64,000 nucleotides of DNA from Nymphaea colorata (lineage: Eukaryota), in NCBI RefSeq assembly GCF_008831285.2, contig NC_045138.2:11842001-11906000 (forward strand), in the 5' to 3' direction. The position numbers and the translations under genes were made by a program. Positions 41,073-53,820 of the stretch are shown here, in pieces; within the stretch, counting starts at the first letter, position 1; each line of letters starts with the position of its first letter. A model generated the notes under the pieces. The model worked only from the letters and a program-made list of their open reading frames with translations. It did not search any database and was not told where the DNA came from.

Positions 41073-44000
41073 TTGTCCGAACAAGCATAAGAATTATGAA
41101 GCTCAAATATTATATTCTACAGCCCACATGTCGTCGTTCGTAGTCACCAGTAGGTCCCATTTTTTTTCTTCTCCTTCCTCGCCACCAGTTGCCATCTTCT
41201 TCTTCTTCTTCTTCTTATGCGACCAGCTTCCTTCACTTCTTCCTTATCTCCTTCTTCTTTGCCTTTTTCTTCTTAATTTTCTTTTTCTTCGCCTTCTTCT
41301 TCTTCTTTTGCCACCGGCCCACCGACACCCTTCACTCTTTCTCTCCCCCTCTCGGTTGGAGGGTGCTGGCTGGAAATCAATCTGCAGACGACCCAGCACC
41401 CTTCTTCTTCTTCTTCTTCTTCTTCTTCGGGCCGGGCTGGGTCTCCGCAAAACAATTCAGCCTAAGGACTGACACTCCATTGGCCTAGCTGACTCGATTA
41501 CTAACAGGCTGGCCTGGCCTGGCCCAATGCCCTGCCCTAGACATGCTTGAAAAAGAGAATTCTTCATAGATTGTGAGGCACAAGGAAGGAACATTTAGAT
41601 TTGGTGGATGGGTTTTGAAGCAAGTGGGCCTTGATCAATCAATATGTGAACTAGTGCAACGCTGATTAGGATTAAAAATGGTGGTAGATACCAGGAAATG
41701 GTATAGGAAAGTAAGCATTTCAGATTAAGAACTAGAATTATGGTGGAGACCGTAAAAAGGCACTTGTGCTGCCCCTAGCTATGTACAATCTTGTTAGGTA
41801 ATGAAGAAAGTTTTTAATGTTTACTGTAAGCAGAGACAATGATTGGGTGAAGTGACATTTCTCGTTCAGTGGCACTGACGACATAGTTGGCAAACTCGCG
41901 ATCCAATTCATGAGTTGTCTGGGTCAGTTAGGGTCATCCATTTATTGGATCATGAGTTAGGACTCACTTCAGTTGGCTAGGATTGTCAGCTACTTACATG
42001 TTATTTTTTGTCTTGTATTGCTAGAAACTGAAGTTTGTTATTTTGTGAATTGTGAAATATATATCAATATGTGATATTTCTAAAACAGCTTTTTTCCTAC
42101 TGTAACCAGTTGTTATGTTCACTGTTAATGAATTTAAGAGTAGAAAATAATTGCACACATAAGCTATCTTCTCCTTAAGTTATTGCCTTGTTTGACATGT
42201 AACCACTAACTATACTGAACATCACACAGGCATTCATATTATATGTGATTCAGTTTTACCTATGGAAAAAATCGAACTTGAAGTCTCGACAAACTTCCTT
42301 CTTCATCACTTGTAGAAAGAAAGCATTATGAAATTTATGACCCAACCCAATCCAATCACTAGGTTAATTTAATGCAGTGACCCAGCTATGAGCCGATCTA
42401 AGTTCCAGTCATGGCTTTGTATGTGCATTAAAGTTGAACTAGATTGCATGTTTGTATGTGCATTATTTACTACAAATTAAAATTTTAACATTCAACATTT
42501 CTATGTGAAATTCAAATTTATTGATTTCGAATAATATAATCTATTAATGGTAGTATTTGTCACTCAAATTCTTTGTATGTATCCAATGGATTGTTGCAAA
42601 ATCACATACAACATTAGTCCATCCAATCAAACCAAATTTGCAGCCACACAAACTTTTTTTGTGCATGTGAGTTAGTGGGCACCAATGGTTTTCTACTGTT
42701 AGAAAGCAACATATTGCACACAATAGTTGACATCAATTGGTTGTTTTCCATTTTTAGCAATTGTCATCTTCCATACCAAATACAAGCCGAAAACCAGTTC
42801 GTGCAAGTGGTAGTTCAATTGGAGAGATAGGTTCAAGTCGAAAAAGGAAGTCTAGTTGTTTCAATATATTAATACAATTTGATCCAACTAAATCAAACTT
42901 TGGAATATTACAAGATTAAACTTGAATACCAAACTATGCAGACCATGAAAATATTTTTGGTCACCCGTTTCCACAATGTGATTAATTAGTGACTCATGCG
43001 ACTACCTCCGAACTCTCATCATATCTGATTAGTTGAAGTTTATGGTTTCATCTAGCAAAATCAACTACATGTATAACACAAACATCCCACATCAAATGAA
43101 TTTGTTTACATGGGTATTTCAAAAATTATGATGGTACGTGAAATCACCTAAATTTATCTCCAATTGTCCTTTGAAAAAAGGCCCAGCATGCATTAATTTG
43201 GGATAGATTTGATTGCCAACTTCAACAAGTTGTATGTCTAATTGTATTTACCCCTAAAATGTTGGAAACATCATTTGCATCACACAAGAAAGTATGCTGG
43301 ATCAGACAAATTCTTAAAGTGCAACATAAGAAAACAATATGCTAGTATGCAACTTTAATTACATATTACAATAGTTAATTGTTTTAGGGAGGAGGCTCTG
43401 TGCTGGACAAAAAAGCAAACCAAAAGGCCGTCCAAACATACCTTGAGTTTGGTGAGGTTGCAAAAGTAGTAGCTTCAAGATTTATCTAGATAGCTTCACA
43501 ACAAAAACCTGCTCGTAGGATCAATGGTGAAGTTCCTCATCCAGTGACAGTTTGTCAGTTTAACACCTACATCACAAGCTATTGATGGTTCAACCAGTTT
43601 AACCCCTTGCAGTCATAGGTGCCCAAACTACTTCTTGGATCTTGAATTTCCTATGCAAAACATGAAAACCAAGAATATTAAAAAACTATACCCCATGTTG
43701 ATTGACTCAACAAACATGTCTCTATAATGTGCAAGAAAATGAAATAGTTGCAAGGTGTATATGGCAACAGAATGAGCGGTTGTTGAAGAAAGATGACAAA
43801 CACGAGGCAAATGACATATGGAGATCACATGAGCTATATACATATAAGATGTTGTCAGAGGTAGAACAAGAAGAGACAAATGGTACAAATATAGTAAAGT
43901 AAAGACAGATAAACAAGCAACACAAACAAATTAAGTTAGCACTGATGATATGAGACACATATATACAACTAAATAATATTTTGAATGGTAAGAAATAGGA

Positions 44001-44434
44001 TTTCAGAAATGTTTGTGCATCGTGGTCTTGGAAATGCTCTCTTCAGTTGGACTTTAACAACAAACTAGAGGATATCCTAACACTTTATCGTCACCATGGT
44101 TCACATGAAAAATATGACCCTTGCGAGTTGGCATATGTTCAGCTCAAAAAAGCACTAGATCAAACTCACGAATGGGCTAGCTGCAGGCAAACAAAAACTA
44201 CATTCAACACAGCTTCATCCATGCAGATTTTTTAACTAATTAACAAATATATTTTAAAGTACATCGTTTTCAAATTAAGGTCTACAGTTTGCAGTTAACC
44301 AAATTTTACTGCCTAGAAGGTTGCAACTTGCAAGTTTCAAAAAATGTCTTTATTTTGTAAATGGGTTTATATATATATATATATATATAGATTTCCGAAC
44401 AAGCATAAGAATTATGAAGCTCAAATATTATATT
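40690..44434. repeat. Dispersed ~0.4-kb direct repeat pair (40690-41116 and 44031-44434)
   Basis: Both copies run CAGTTGGACTTTA..AAACTAGAGGA..GCACTAGATCAAACTCACGAATGGGCTAGCTGCAGG..(AT)n..GAAGCTCAAATATTATATT, with scattered substitutions and different AT-run lengths. Confidence 0.9.
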
Positions 44435-45269
44435 GCTTTTAACTTATGAAGTTTCTGAATAGACCAGCTTGCATGGCTTCACCTTGTAGCAGTGTAATTT
44501 CTAGTCGCAAATTTTATGTTGATTTATAGTAGCTTTGACCAACAAAGATCTCATAATATTTATGAAACACAGGGGCAGCAAAAATAAAAAGGAAAAGGAT
44601 TTTGAAACAAAACGATGATGAATTGAAAAAAAAAATAAATCGACATCATTAGAAATGCATTTTTCACCAAAAAAAAAAAATCGATAGGCTTCCCTGTTCC
44701 TTCCGCACGCACATCCCATTAGAAATGCAAAATCAAATGCCCCAAATCTGAACAAAAATGAGCAGGAGCATGAGCGGCAGGTGTTGGGGATATGTTGCGC
44801 AGGAGCATGAGCGGCAGGTTTTTGCTCATCCAAAACCTCGATGGCTGAGCAGCCAAGCGAAATCCTGTGGTGCCATCGGTGGAAGGGCGTCCCCAAAACG
44901 CAAACAAACAGAAACTACACGCAAAAAATGAATAATCCCATAAACGGGCGATTTGAAGAGGGAGATATGGCGGGTTCACTTGTCCCTGAGTCAAAAAGAA
45001 TTTAACCTCTCACCAAACAATATGAGGGTCCATGATTAGAGATTCAGTTTTTGGGCAGGTCAAATGCTTTTCAGTGAAAGCGGAGCTGACTTTTGAATCA
45101 TAAGATGCATTCGCATTTATAATATGGAAATCCATTCGATGCACAGAAAAACGACCAGGATGAACATCACTGCCATCACGATCATCATTTCAACGAAGAA
45201 AAGGGTCAATAAAGAACGGACAAATAATACTTGTTGACACTACAACAGAAAGAATCACATTTACATTAG

Positions 45270-46112
45270 TCAGTTCTTTCCCCAATAATCCTGCAGGGAG
45301 AAGTCCCAGCACTCTGAGGCGGAGCAAGTCATCGGTGAGGGAGGAAGAAAGTCCAAAAGCAGCGGCTGGCCAATATCCACAACCTGGTTCTTCTGTTGAT
45401 CGGTATCCATCGGCTTGTTATTCTCTCCTTCAATTTGGGGTAGGAATTCAAAAATTTGGGGTAGAGATTCAAAAAACTCAAACAATTCCTTGTCCTCCGT
45501 CATCCACTGGGTTTTCTCATCAATATCACCAAATGCAGAGTCCAACGCCACCAAAGGCTCAACGTCCTTACTGATGGAGCCGCAGGAAGGAGACAGAGCA
45601 ACTAGCTCCAAATTCTGACGCTTCACCTGCTGGAGCTCCTGCTCTAGGCGGTGGTTCTCTTCTAAAAGGAACGACGGAGGGGAAGAGCAATTCTGAGGAT
45701 TTTGCCGCTTGTCGATGCTTTGGCAGGGATGGATCATGGCAGAGGGCTCCTCAGGTCGTGTGAGCAACGGGGGCGGTGGAAATGATGTGGAAGAATGATT
45801 GCGCCGTTTGCCGTCGCCGACGCTCTCCAAGCGATGGATGATGCGGAGAAGGTCGGAGGACTCCTCAGGCCATGTGAGAGGCGGCGGTGAAGGAAGGGAC
45901 GAAGATGAACCTCTGCCGTCTTCGCCGGGAGGAGGAAGGAGGATGACGCAAACGTCAATGCCAACGAGGGTGGACAGCTCGCGTGCCTTCTTCAGAAGTC
46001 CCTTGCCCCGCCTGGCGAAGGTCGCCGCGCTACGCCCGGACGGCAGCCGCAGGCTCCCCACGTTGCTCGTGCTTCTTCTCTTCTTCTCCTTCATCGTCAC
46101 CGTCGCTTTCAT
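45270..46112 (-). CDS. Type I (M-type) MADS-box transcription factor, intronless, 280 aa, divergent
   Basis: MADS core ATFARRGKGLLKKARELSTLVGIDVCVIL, followed by a TWPE motif typical of M-gamma/M-beta proteins and a short coiled coil (LLEENHRLEQELQQVKRQNLEL). Single exon. TATA-like CTATAAATG ~80 bp upstream (~46197-46189). Confidence 0.85.
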   Translation of the reverse strand: MKATVTMKEKKRRSTSNVGSLRLPSGRSAATFARRGKGLLKKARELSTLVGIDVCVILLPPPGEDGRGSSSSLPSPPPLTWPEESSDLLRIIHRLESVGDGKRRNHSSTSFPPPPLLTRPEEPSAMIHPCQSIDKRQNPQNCSSPPSFLLEENHRLEQELQQVKRQNLELVALSPSCGSISKDVEPLVALDSAFGDIDEKTQWMTEDKELFEFFESLPQIFEFLPQIEGENNKPMDTDQQKNQVVDIGQPLLLDFLPPSPMTCSASECWDFSLQDYWGKN

Positions 46113-48351
46113 CTTCTTTTTCTTCTTCTTCTTCTTCTCGCTGTTTCTTTTCTTTCTTCTTCACGAGTACGAGGACCGAGCGAACCCCCATTTATAGTGA
46201 TCAATTTTCTTGCCCATGAACTCGAAAAGGAAACCGACGTCTCTCTGACACTCACACACACACACACTCTCCCTCTCCTTCGCGCGGTTTGGGGTGACTT
46301 CAACGGGCAGAATCCTCTCTTCGCGCGGTTTGGGGATCAGACGTCACCGTCGCTTTCCTCTTTCCATGATAAGTTCGATTTTTGAATTCCTGAATCTGGT
46401 TAACACCCACCGTTAGATTATATTAATTTTGAATTCCCAAAATCTTGTTAACACCCACCGTCAGATTAGATTAATCAAATACTTAAAAAGTGAAATCTAC
46501 CATTCGAGAGAGAAACTTTTGACCAAATTACTTCAGCTTGGTTTTGAATAAATATCCAATTGGATTTAGATTTATGATATAAGTATCTAGTATCCATCTA
46601 TTTTCAAAAAGTCGGTTCCTAACATATCATAATGCAGTTCAGATTCGGATGTGAAGTTAAAGCAGTCAAATTCAGATTTGAATTTAAAGCAGGATTTGAA
46701 CATGGTGATTTGATTTGGATCAAAATATCCAACTAATGTGTTAAAGTTGGATATTAGAAAAAGTGGACATTCAATTAAGAAGTCGGGTATGATCTGGATT
46801 TAAGAAATGACCTCTAATCAAATTCGGTTGCAGATTTGGTTCTGAATTGATCAGAGAATAAACAACGATATGGCTAGCAATTTTTTCTATATCGAATAAC
46901 CATATATTTTGAAAGTTGGTTCTTAACGCATCACAATGCAGCTCGGATTCATTTGTAAATTTAAAAGTTAGATCCATAACAAGTTGTGAATTTGAAATTT
47001 GGATTCCAAACTCGAATTTAAAAGTAATCATCTTCGGGTATGCTATGGACTTTTTCCAGCAGCATTTGGATCGTAATTCGAATGTGGATATCCGGTAACT
47101 TGAAAATAACAAAACATACATCCAGGTCTGAATCCTGTCCAAGCAGACATAAAATAAAAATGGTTGACATTAGCAGCTAGTAGAGTTGATGATGATAGAA
47201 AATTCTGGATTTACATACGAATTTAATGTGGCGAGGACCTAAAAGCTAGTGTTCTAATGTCTCTTATGAAGAACAAGATGGTGGCAAGAATTTCTCGCCC
47301 CATGTAAGTCACTCAGTTTTGAGGAAAAGGAGATCCATGTGACACAATGTAAAGCTTGATCCACACTTAATAGGTTTCCATAATTTCCATAGATCAAACT
47401 TTTTTATGAGGGCATTTTTATCATTTTTTTGTATTGTAGGTTTTGCACTAATCCGGTGTTTATGAGTGGGTGGTTTCTTCGATGATAGTGAAAAACTGCT
47501 ATGTGCACACCAGAGTTGCAACCGCCACTACTGTTTTCAATGACGCAAAAGAACGACGCGCCATTGAACATGGTGGTGACGACAGAGCTGCGTGCTACAC
47601 TGGCGCCGTTTCAACGCCAGAAAAATATGCGCTTACTGACCCTCCCGCTAGGGATGTCTCCACAGTGACGTTCTCAATAGCGCCGCTATTTAGTTGTTCA
47701 CAGGCGCTAATATAGCGCCAGTATTTAGATAAGCGCTTTTGATGCATTTTTCTTTTAACGTCAGTGATGATATTAAATTTTGTTTTTTTTAAATAACAAT
47801 AATATTGTGTACATGTACAACAGCTGAATACACAGAACATTAATACATTAAAAGAACCAAAGGTGCCACATACTCCTATCGATTTAGCTTTCATAATACA
47901 TCCAACTTTGACAAGTGTCATAGGCACTCTACCTCCACACACTTATGAACTGAGGTCCCGGATCCCGGCACCACCTTTTCCAAGCTAGAGCTAAAGCTCA
48001 GACTGATCTCCAAACTTTTCCTGCAGGCATACAACAAAAGAAATGGTGGAAAATATTGTTAATTTCACCCCATTGGAAAGAATAACAATATAATCCATTA
48101 GCTATAACGGATATATGCAATAAAACAACACAATAGAAGAAAATTTGCTTGCCACATTTCCGGTGCCCAAGGCAAATAATAGGGTGTCCGCGCCTTTGGC
48201 AAGATAAACCTTAATTTTAACCTACTCATATTTCAGAACATAGCAAAAAAAAAAAAAAAAAAAAATCAGATCACATATTTGAACACCCAACATTCATCTA
48301 TTACTTGGTAACCTGTTCGTGTTGCAGTTGACACGAGTACACCAGTTTTGC

Positions 48352-48670
48352 CCACATGTCAGAATGTGGGTACGGCGACATGGGTACGAGGTACGGCTGG
48401 GTATGGCTGCATTTTTAAAAAATTAAAATTATATTTTTAAACTTAATTTTTTCTTTAATTTTTTATTTTTCCCTTCCACTAAGATTCTATATTTTCTCTC
48501 ATTTTTCTTTAAATTTGAGATTTTTTTCGTAGATTATAAGACTATTAATGTTTTTTTTTTCACTTTATCATTCTTGAGAATATAAAGTTTACCGTACCTG
48601 TGTACCCATAACTTTCAAAATCGACCATACATACCCGAACTCATACCATACCCGCACCCATGTGACATTG
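48352..48670. mobile_element. Degraded non-autonomous hAT-like element related to 53294-53912
   Basis: GGGTACGG/GTACCC subterminal motifs and a right end ACCCATGTGACATTG; left TIR and TSD are decayed. Confidence 0.55.
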
Positions 48671-50387
48671 TTGTATACATATAACCCAAAAAAGTAAAAG
48701 CACAATAGTAGAAAGCAAGCAAAAATCTTCACATATGAAGCAAGTTTCCAGCTCATCCAAATAAATCCTATTGAATTTTACAATTTCGAGTATATTCTAC
48801 GAATTCCAACCAGAAATTACCAATTCCCAAGCAAGCTCGGCCTCAGAAAAATGTTTTGCTCACTGCAAAAGCATTTCTCAACCACTAAGCATAATAAACT
48901 TATTAAAATAACTAGTCATAGCTAAAAGTGTCATAGATTCCACGAAAGAAGCACGAAGTCTGGCCAATCAGATCAAAGTTTCATCTTTCTACATAATGTT
49001 ATGCAATTTGAAGTCAGCAATAGTAAATAACCAAGAGGCGCACCTCAAACATTGATTTCCTGCCTTGTGCATTTAAATATGACATAAATTTGCAACGGTA
49101 CCACAGTTATAATGCCACTACAATGCTTCCAAGGATGAATTTTGGTGAATTACATAGATTTGTAGGGTCCAATGGAATAAAGTTAAGAAAAAACAAAAAA
49201 GAGAACTGTTGGTGAATTACAGATTCTCCAAAGCTCATAGCCAAGCAAATTTGCCGCAGCTATGTTCATATAAAGCCAAAATAGACACTTTAGTGGCCAC
49301 GCTTCAAGTAATCCTTGAAAGAATGACACATCTATTACGTTTTTAAGTTCATCATTATAAGTTGACAATTTCTCACATATAATTAAATTGTGGAGAGACA
49401 GTGACTTTGGCTTTTCAGAGTTGTCCAACTATCTAACCACCACTATTATCTGCCTAGTAGCTTGTATTTTTGGGGACTGCTCGATTCTTATTTACTGGTA
49501 CCATAATATGTTTCCATGCAAGCTCTGTAAACGCTGGAAGTAAAAACTTGAATAGAAGCAAGAGACTTTTAATGTGAAAAAATTCAAAAATTTAAATTAA
49601 AAAAAATAAATAATGAAAACTAACCACCGACCTTAAATTAAAAAGAAAAAGAAAAGACTAAACAAAACACCCGCTCCGTTTATCCTTGGGTCCGTCTGGA
49701 TTCTTGAGCGTGGCTCGTCCGCGTTTGTGACTAAAACATCCAGAGTTGACAGGTGGACAAAAGCAAAAGGAGTCCGAGAGTCGAAACTTCCCTTCCAAAG
49801 GGACCGATATTTTCCCTCCATCTTGGTCACTCTGTTTCCTTCTGTCCCTCTCACACCCATACTCTCACAGAGTGTCGGAGGAGAACTCACACTGTGTGCA
49901 ACTTTGCCGGCCAATCTTTTGCTGCTGAATTTTGTTCGAAGATAGAAGGCAAAAATTTCTGGAGCTGTTGGCATTCAAGTACGTAGGGTAACTTCTCTTC
50001 CGATTCTTGGCGCAGTTTTGGTCAACTATGTTTGTTTTGTTAATGAAAAGTTCTGGTTGGGGACAGTTTTGTTGTTGTTGTTGTTATTTTTTTTTCTTGG
50101 TGGGTTCTGACGTTGTTGGTGCTCCTACGCGTCAAAAAAGAAAACCAGTTTGTTGTTTGGGAGAGTGAGTTGTTTGAATGGTGTAAGCCAAGATTCATTC
50201 CAGAATGGCATGAATTTTGGCCTAGATTTGCTGTTATTCTTGTGAGCGAAGACTCCAGAAGCCATACGAACAGTCTTATCTTCTTCTAGGTTTAGTGGAA
50301 CGATTAAGAAAAATCCCCTTAAGGTTTTTGGGGTTTATTGTCTCTATGCTTTTCGTGTATATTCTGATTTTTCAGGTTTGATAAGAA

Positions 50388-53300
50388 ATGGTGAAGACCG
50401 AAAAGCAAGGGTTGGACGGCAGTGTCTCGCAAAGTCAGGGAACCGAAACAGATGACCCCGGTAATCACGGTCGTGCGGATAGGCGTGTTCTCCGGTCGCG
50501 ATATCTGGCCGTCAAGAATTTAATCAATGGTGATTTCTTCTTCTTTACTGTTGCAATTATTTTGGATTTTCACTTCCTTCTTATGCTTCTTGTAACAATT
50601 TTGCTACTTAAATCTGCAGACGAAAGGGAACAGATCTCTAAGGCAGATTCTGATAAGTTCAAATCGATTATCAATGAAGTTGAAAACCTGCACCAGTTAG
50701 GTATACCAAATTTCTAAATGATCTTCCTCCGATCAGTAAGTTAATCTCTATACCTTTTGGGAGGAGGAGCGTTTAAAGCCGTTAATGATTGATTGTGTAT
50801 GAAGCTACTTTCAATTATTCAACGGTTGTATTTCTAGATATGATTTCAGAGGAACATTTTTAGTTGCAGAGGAGGTGCGATCTTTAGAATGTCAAACAAA
50901 TGCTGTTTCTCTGAGCATTTTCATTCTTTCCTTATGTCATATTTAAACATCTGGTCCGACCGTTGTCACATGGAAGCATCATCTATCACATTTTAATGTT
51001 GAATGAATACAATTTCACATTTTAGTGGAGACGTAGGAAGTGTCTAGGGGCCTTTCCATTCCTGTCAGCTTTTAGAAGCAAGTGTCAACTTCTATTGCTT
51101 AGATCTGGTTGGGATACCAATAAAGCAGAAAAGTAAAATAGAAAAGCTGGCATAAAGGCTGGTTGCGGAAAGTTGTTGCTCCAACCATTACACTGTTGGA
51201 ACAAGTAACATTCATGTTTTGTTCTTTCTTGCAGTAAAAATCTTTTGTTTGTCTCTGACCCTGTGTTTAACAATTTTCTGTGAGTAAACAGATCAGGCAG
51301 CCATAAGGCTATCATAAATATATTGAATACTATGCAATAATTATTAGAATCTACTCTGTCCCAGATTAGGTCTTCAGAAATTTAATTTATAGAGGTTTGG
51401 TATCTGATGTGATTTCTAATGGCTGATGTTTTGTGTTTAAATCAATGTTGTAAAAAGCGTATCGTAAGGCGTATCGGTCGGGCTTTAAGATACGCCGTAT
51501 CGTAACGTATCGTAACCGTATCGTAAATTTTAAAAAAATAATAATAATAAATCAGAAAAAATTAAAAAAAAATCAAAAAATTCATAAAAAAATCAGAAAA
51601 AATTAAAAATAATAAATTCTTCATATGAAACATGGTTTAGTCTTTTAGATATAATGATAGGCTTATTATTTTGCTAAATGTTATAAACTTACACGTTCAC
51701 GGTTCATCATTCATACTTCATAGACATCAAAATTCATAACAATATCATTCTTTTTCATCTTTATCTTCATGGTTTAAAAAAAAAACCATTTCCTCTCAAT
51801 GGGAATCAGCCACCCATGCACAAATCCATGGTTTAATAGATGATTTCACGGTGACAATCGATGATTTCACAATGGAAATCGATGATTTCACAATGGAAAT
51901 CAATGATTTCCCTCTAAAACGGTACAATCTATAGATTAGAAATGAGAAAGGGGTGGCTTTTTATAAAAAAAACTTGAAAAAATGGGGTTCAAGTCTCCTT
52001 TTTAGAAATCAGCCCGTATCGTACGATACGGGCCGTATCGCACGATACGAGCCGTATCACACCGTATCGTACGATACGGGGGCCCGTATCGCACGTATCG
52101 TACGATACAGGTACGATACACCCCCATTTGCGATACAGGGGGTGTATCGTATCGTATTTTGCAAACGATACGATACGGCCCCGTATCGTACGATACGTAC
52201 AACACTGGTTTAAATAGCTGGTAGGTTCTTGTTTTCGAAAAGGAAGCTGGTGTAATCTTAATTCATTTCAATGCTGTCATGTTATTTGCTCTCTAGAAAA
52301 GGCATATACTGCCTTCTTGATGTGCCAGAGGTTTCATCATATGATTTCTCTTAACCCTCCTATGCCCTCTTAAAATAGTTAATAGAGAGTAGTGTTTGGA
52401 ACTTTGGATACATTTAACTAATAAATATTCAGAATAACAAACATGGATCTTTTTGTTATATCTTGTATCACTTCTTTGCCTTTTTCTTGTTAATGGCTAG
52501 ATGTTGGAGAATTTGTAATTGTCTGTGTTTCAGTTCAGAAACCCAGGGAGCAAGTTGCAGATGCAGAGGCTCTTCTGGACATTGCTAACACTCTGGTGAC
52601 TTCTGTTAAGTCTCAGAATAATGAAGGAATTACGCCTGCGGATTTTATAACTAGTCTCTTAAATGACTTCAGAGTAAATGGATCAATACATGGAGAAATT
52701 GCTCAAAGTTCCATATCATGGAAGGAAGTTGGTATCACTGTTTCTCATATTTTCAAGAGGGCTCCAGGGTTGTGTACCATGTAAGTGTTGTCTTGAAAAT
52801 TTCCTTTGAGTAGATGCAGCTGCTCTTTTTTTTAGTGACAGATGCTTTGTCTTTGGTCATGTACTGATTTGTTTATTGCATTAACTGTTTCTTTGTCCAC
52901 TATTTACAGTGCTCTTTTATTGCATTATCTGTTTTTGTATTTACTCTTGTATATTTTCCATGTCTTAAACTTGCCACCACATTCTCACTTACATAGCACT
53001 AGAGAAAGTGGCAACACTTGACATAATGGACAGGCGTTTGAAATATCTCATGCTAGCTTTATGCATGAATTTGAGATTTGATGGGTAGGATATTCCAGCT
53101 TCACCAGATTTTTGCATTGTCAGTACAAATGCATGCTTTGCTTGCGCACAAGGATCATGAAGGCCTTTGGCCATCTAGGACATACAAACTGGCATCTAGG
53201 ACATACAAACTGGTTTCATGGGCTTCAAATATCCACTAGGCTATATGAAATTGCTTATCAGAGCAGACCCGATCTCAAATAGATAGGGAATTCCTATGTC

Positions 53301-53759
53301 ACACGGGTACTCATCTTAAGGAGGAGTACCCGTATGGTACGGGTACGGCCTTGGTGCGGTCAACGCAGTATCGGGTACGGTCAACGTACTCGGGATCATT
53401 TTTGTCCATTTTTGGACTCGGTCAACTTTGACCAAGTCCAAAGTTGTCCAATTTTTGAGTTGAAAATTAAAAATCCCCCTCTCTTTTCTTGTTTTCTTTT
53501 TCACTCTAAACCTTTCTTGTACATAGTTCCTCACAACTTTTCATTTAAAATCTTCCATACAATGTTTCGAAAATCCATCTTGACTCTTCGATAATAGTGT
53601 GAGCTATAACCATAGCGATGTCAATAGATCTTAAAAGCGTGACCTATTGCTCCTTCTAATCTTGATGATGCGACAGAGAATCAAGAAAGCTGATATATTT
53701 GTATATTAATCACTTCCATACTGTGTTTTGTGAATATGTTATTCATTTTGAATTTTTTT

Positions 53760-53820
<61 letters not shown>

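Noticed and set aside
41128..41488. Poly-Phe/Leu/Arg/Glu ORFs
   Set aside because: Translations of (CTT)n microsatellites.
45799..46385. Plus-strand ORFs overlapping the MADS gene
   Set aside because: Antisense shadows of a GC-rich exon and simple repeats.
51953..52213. Repetitive RYDT/RIVR ORFs
   Set aside because: Translations of hAT subterminal repeats, not a protein.
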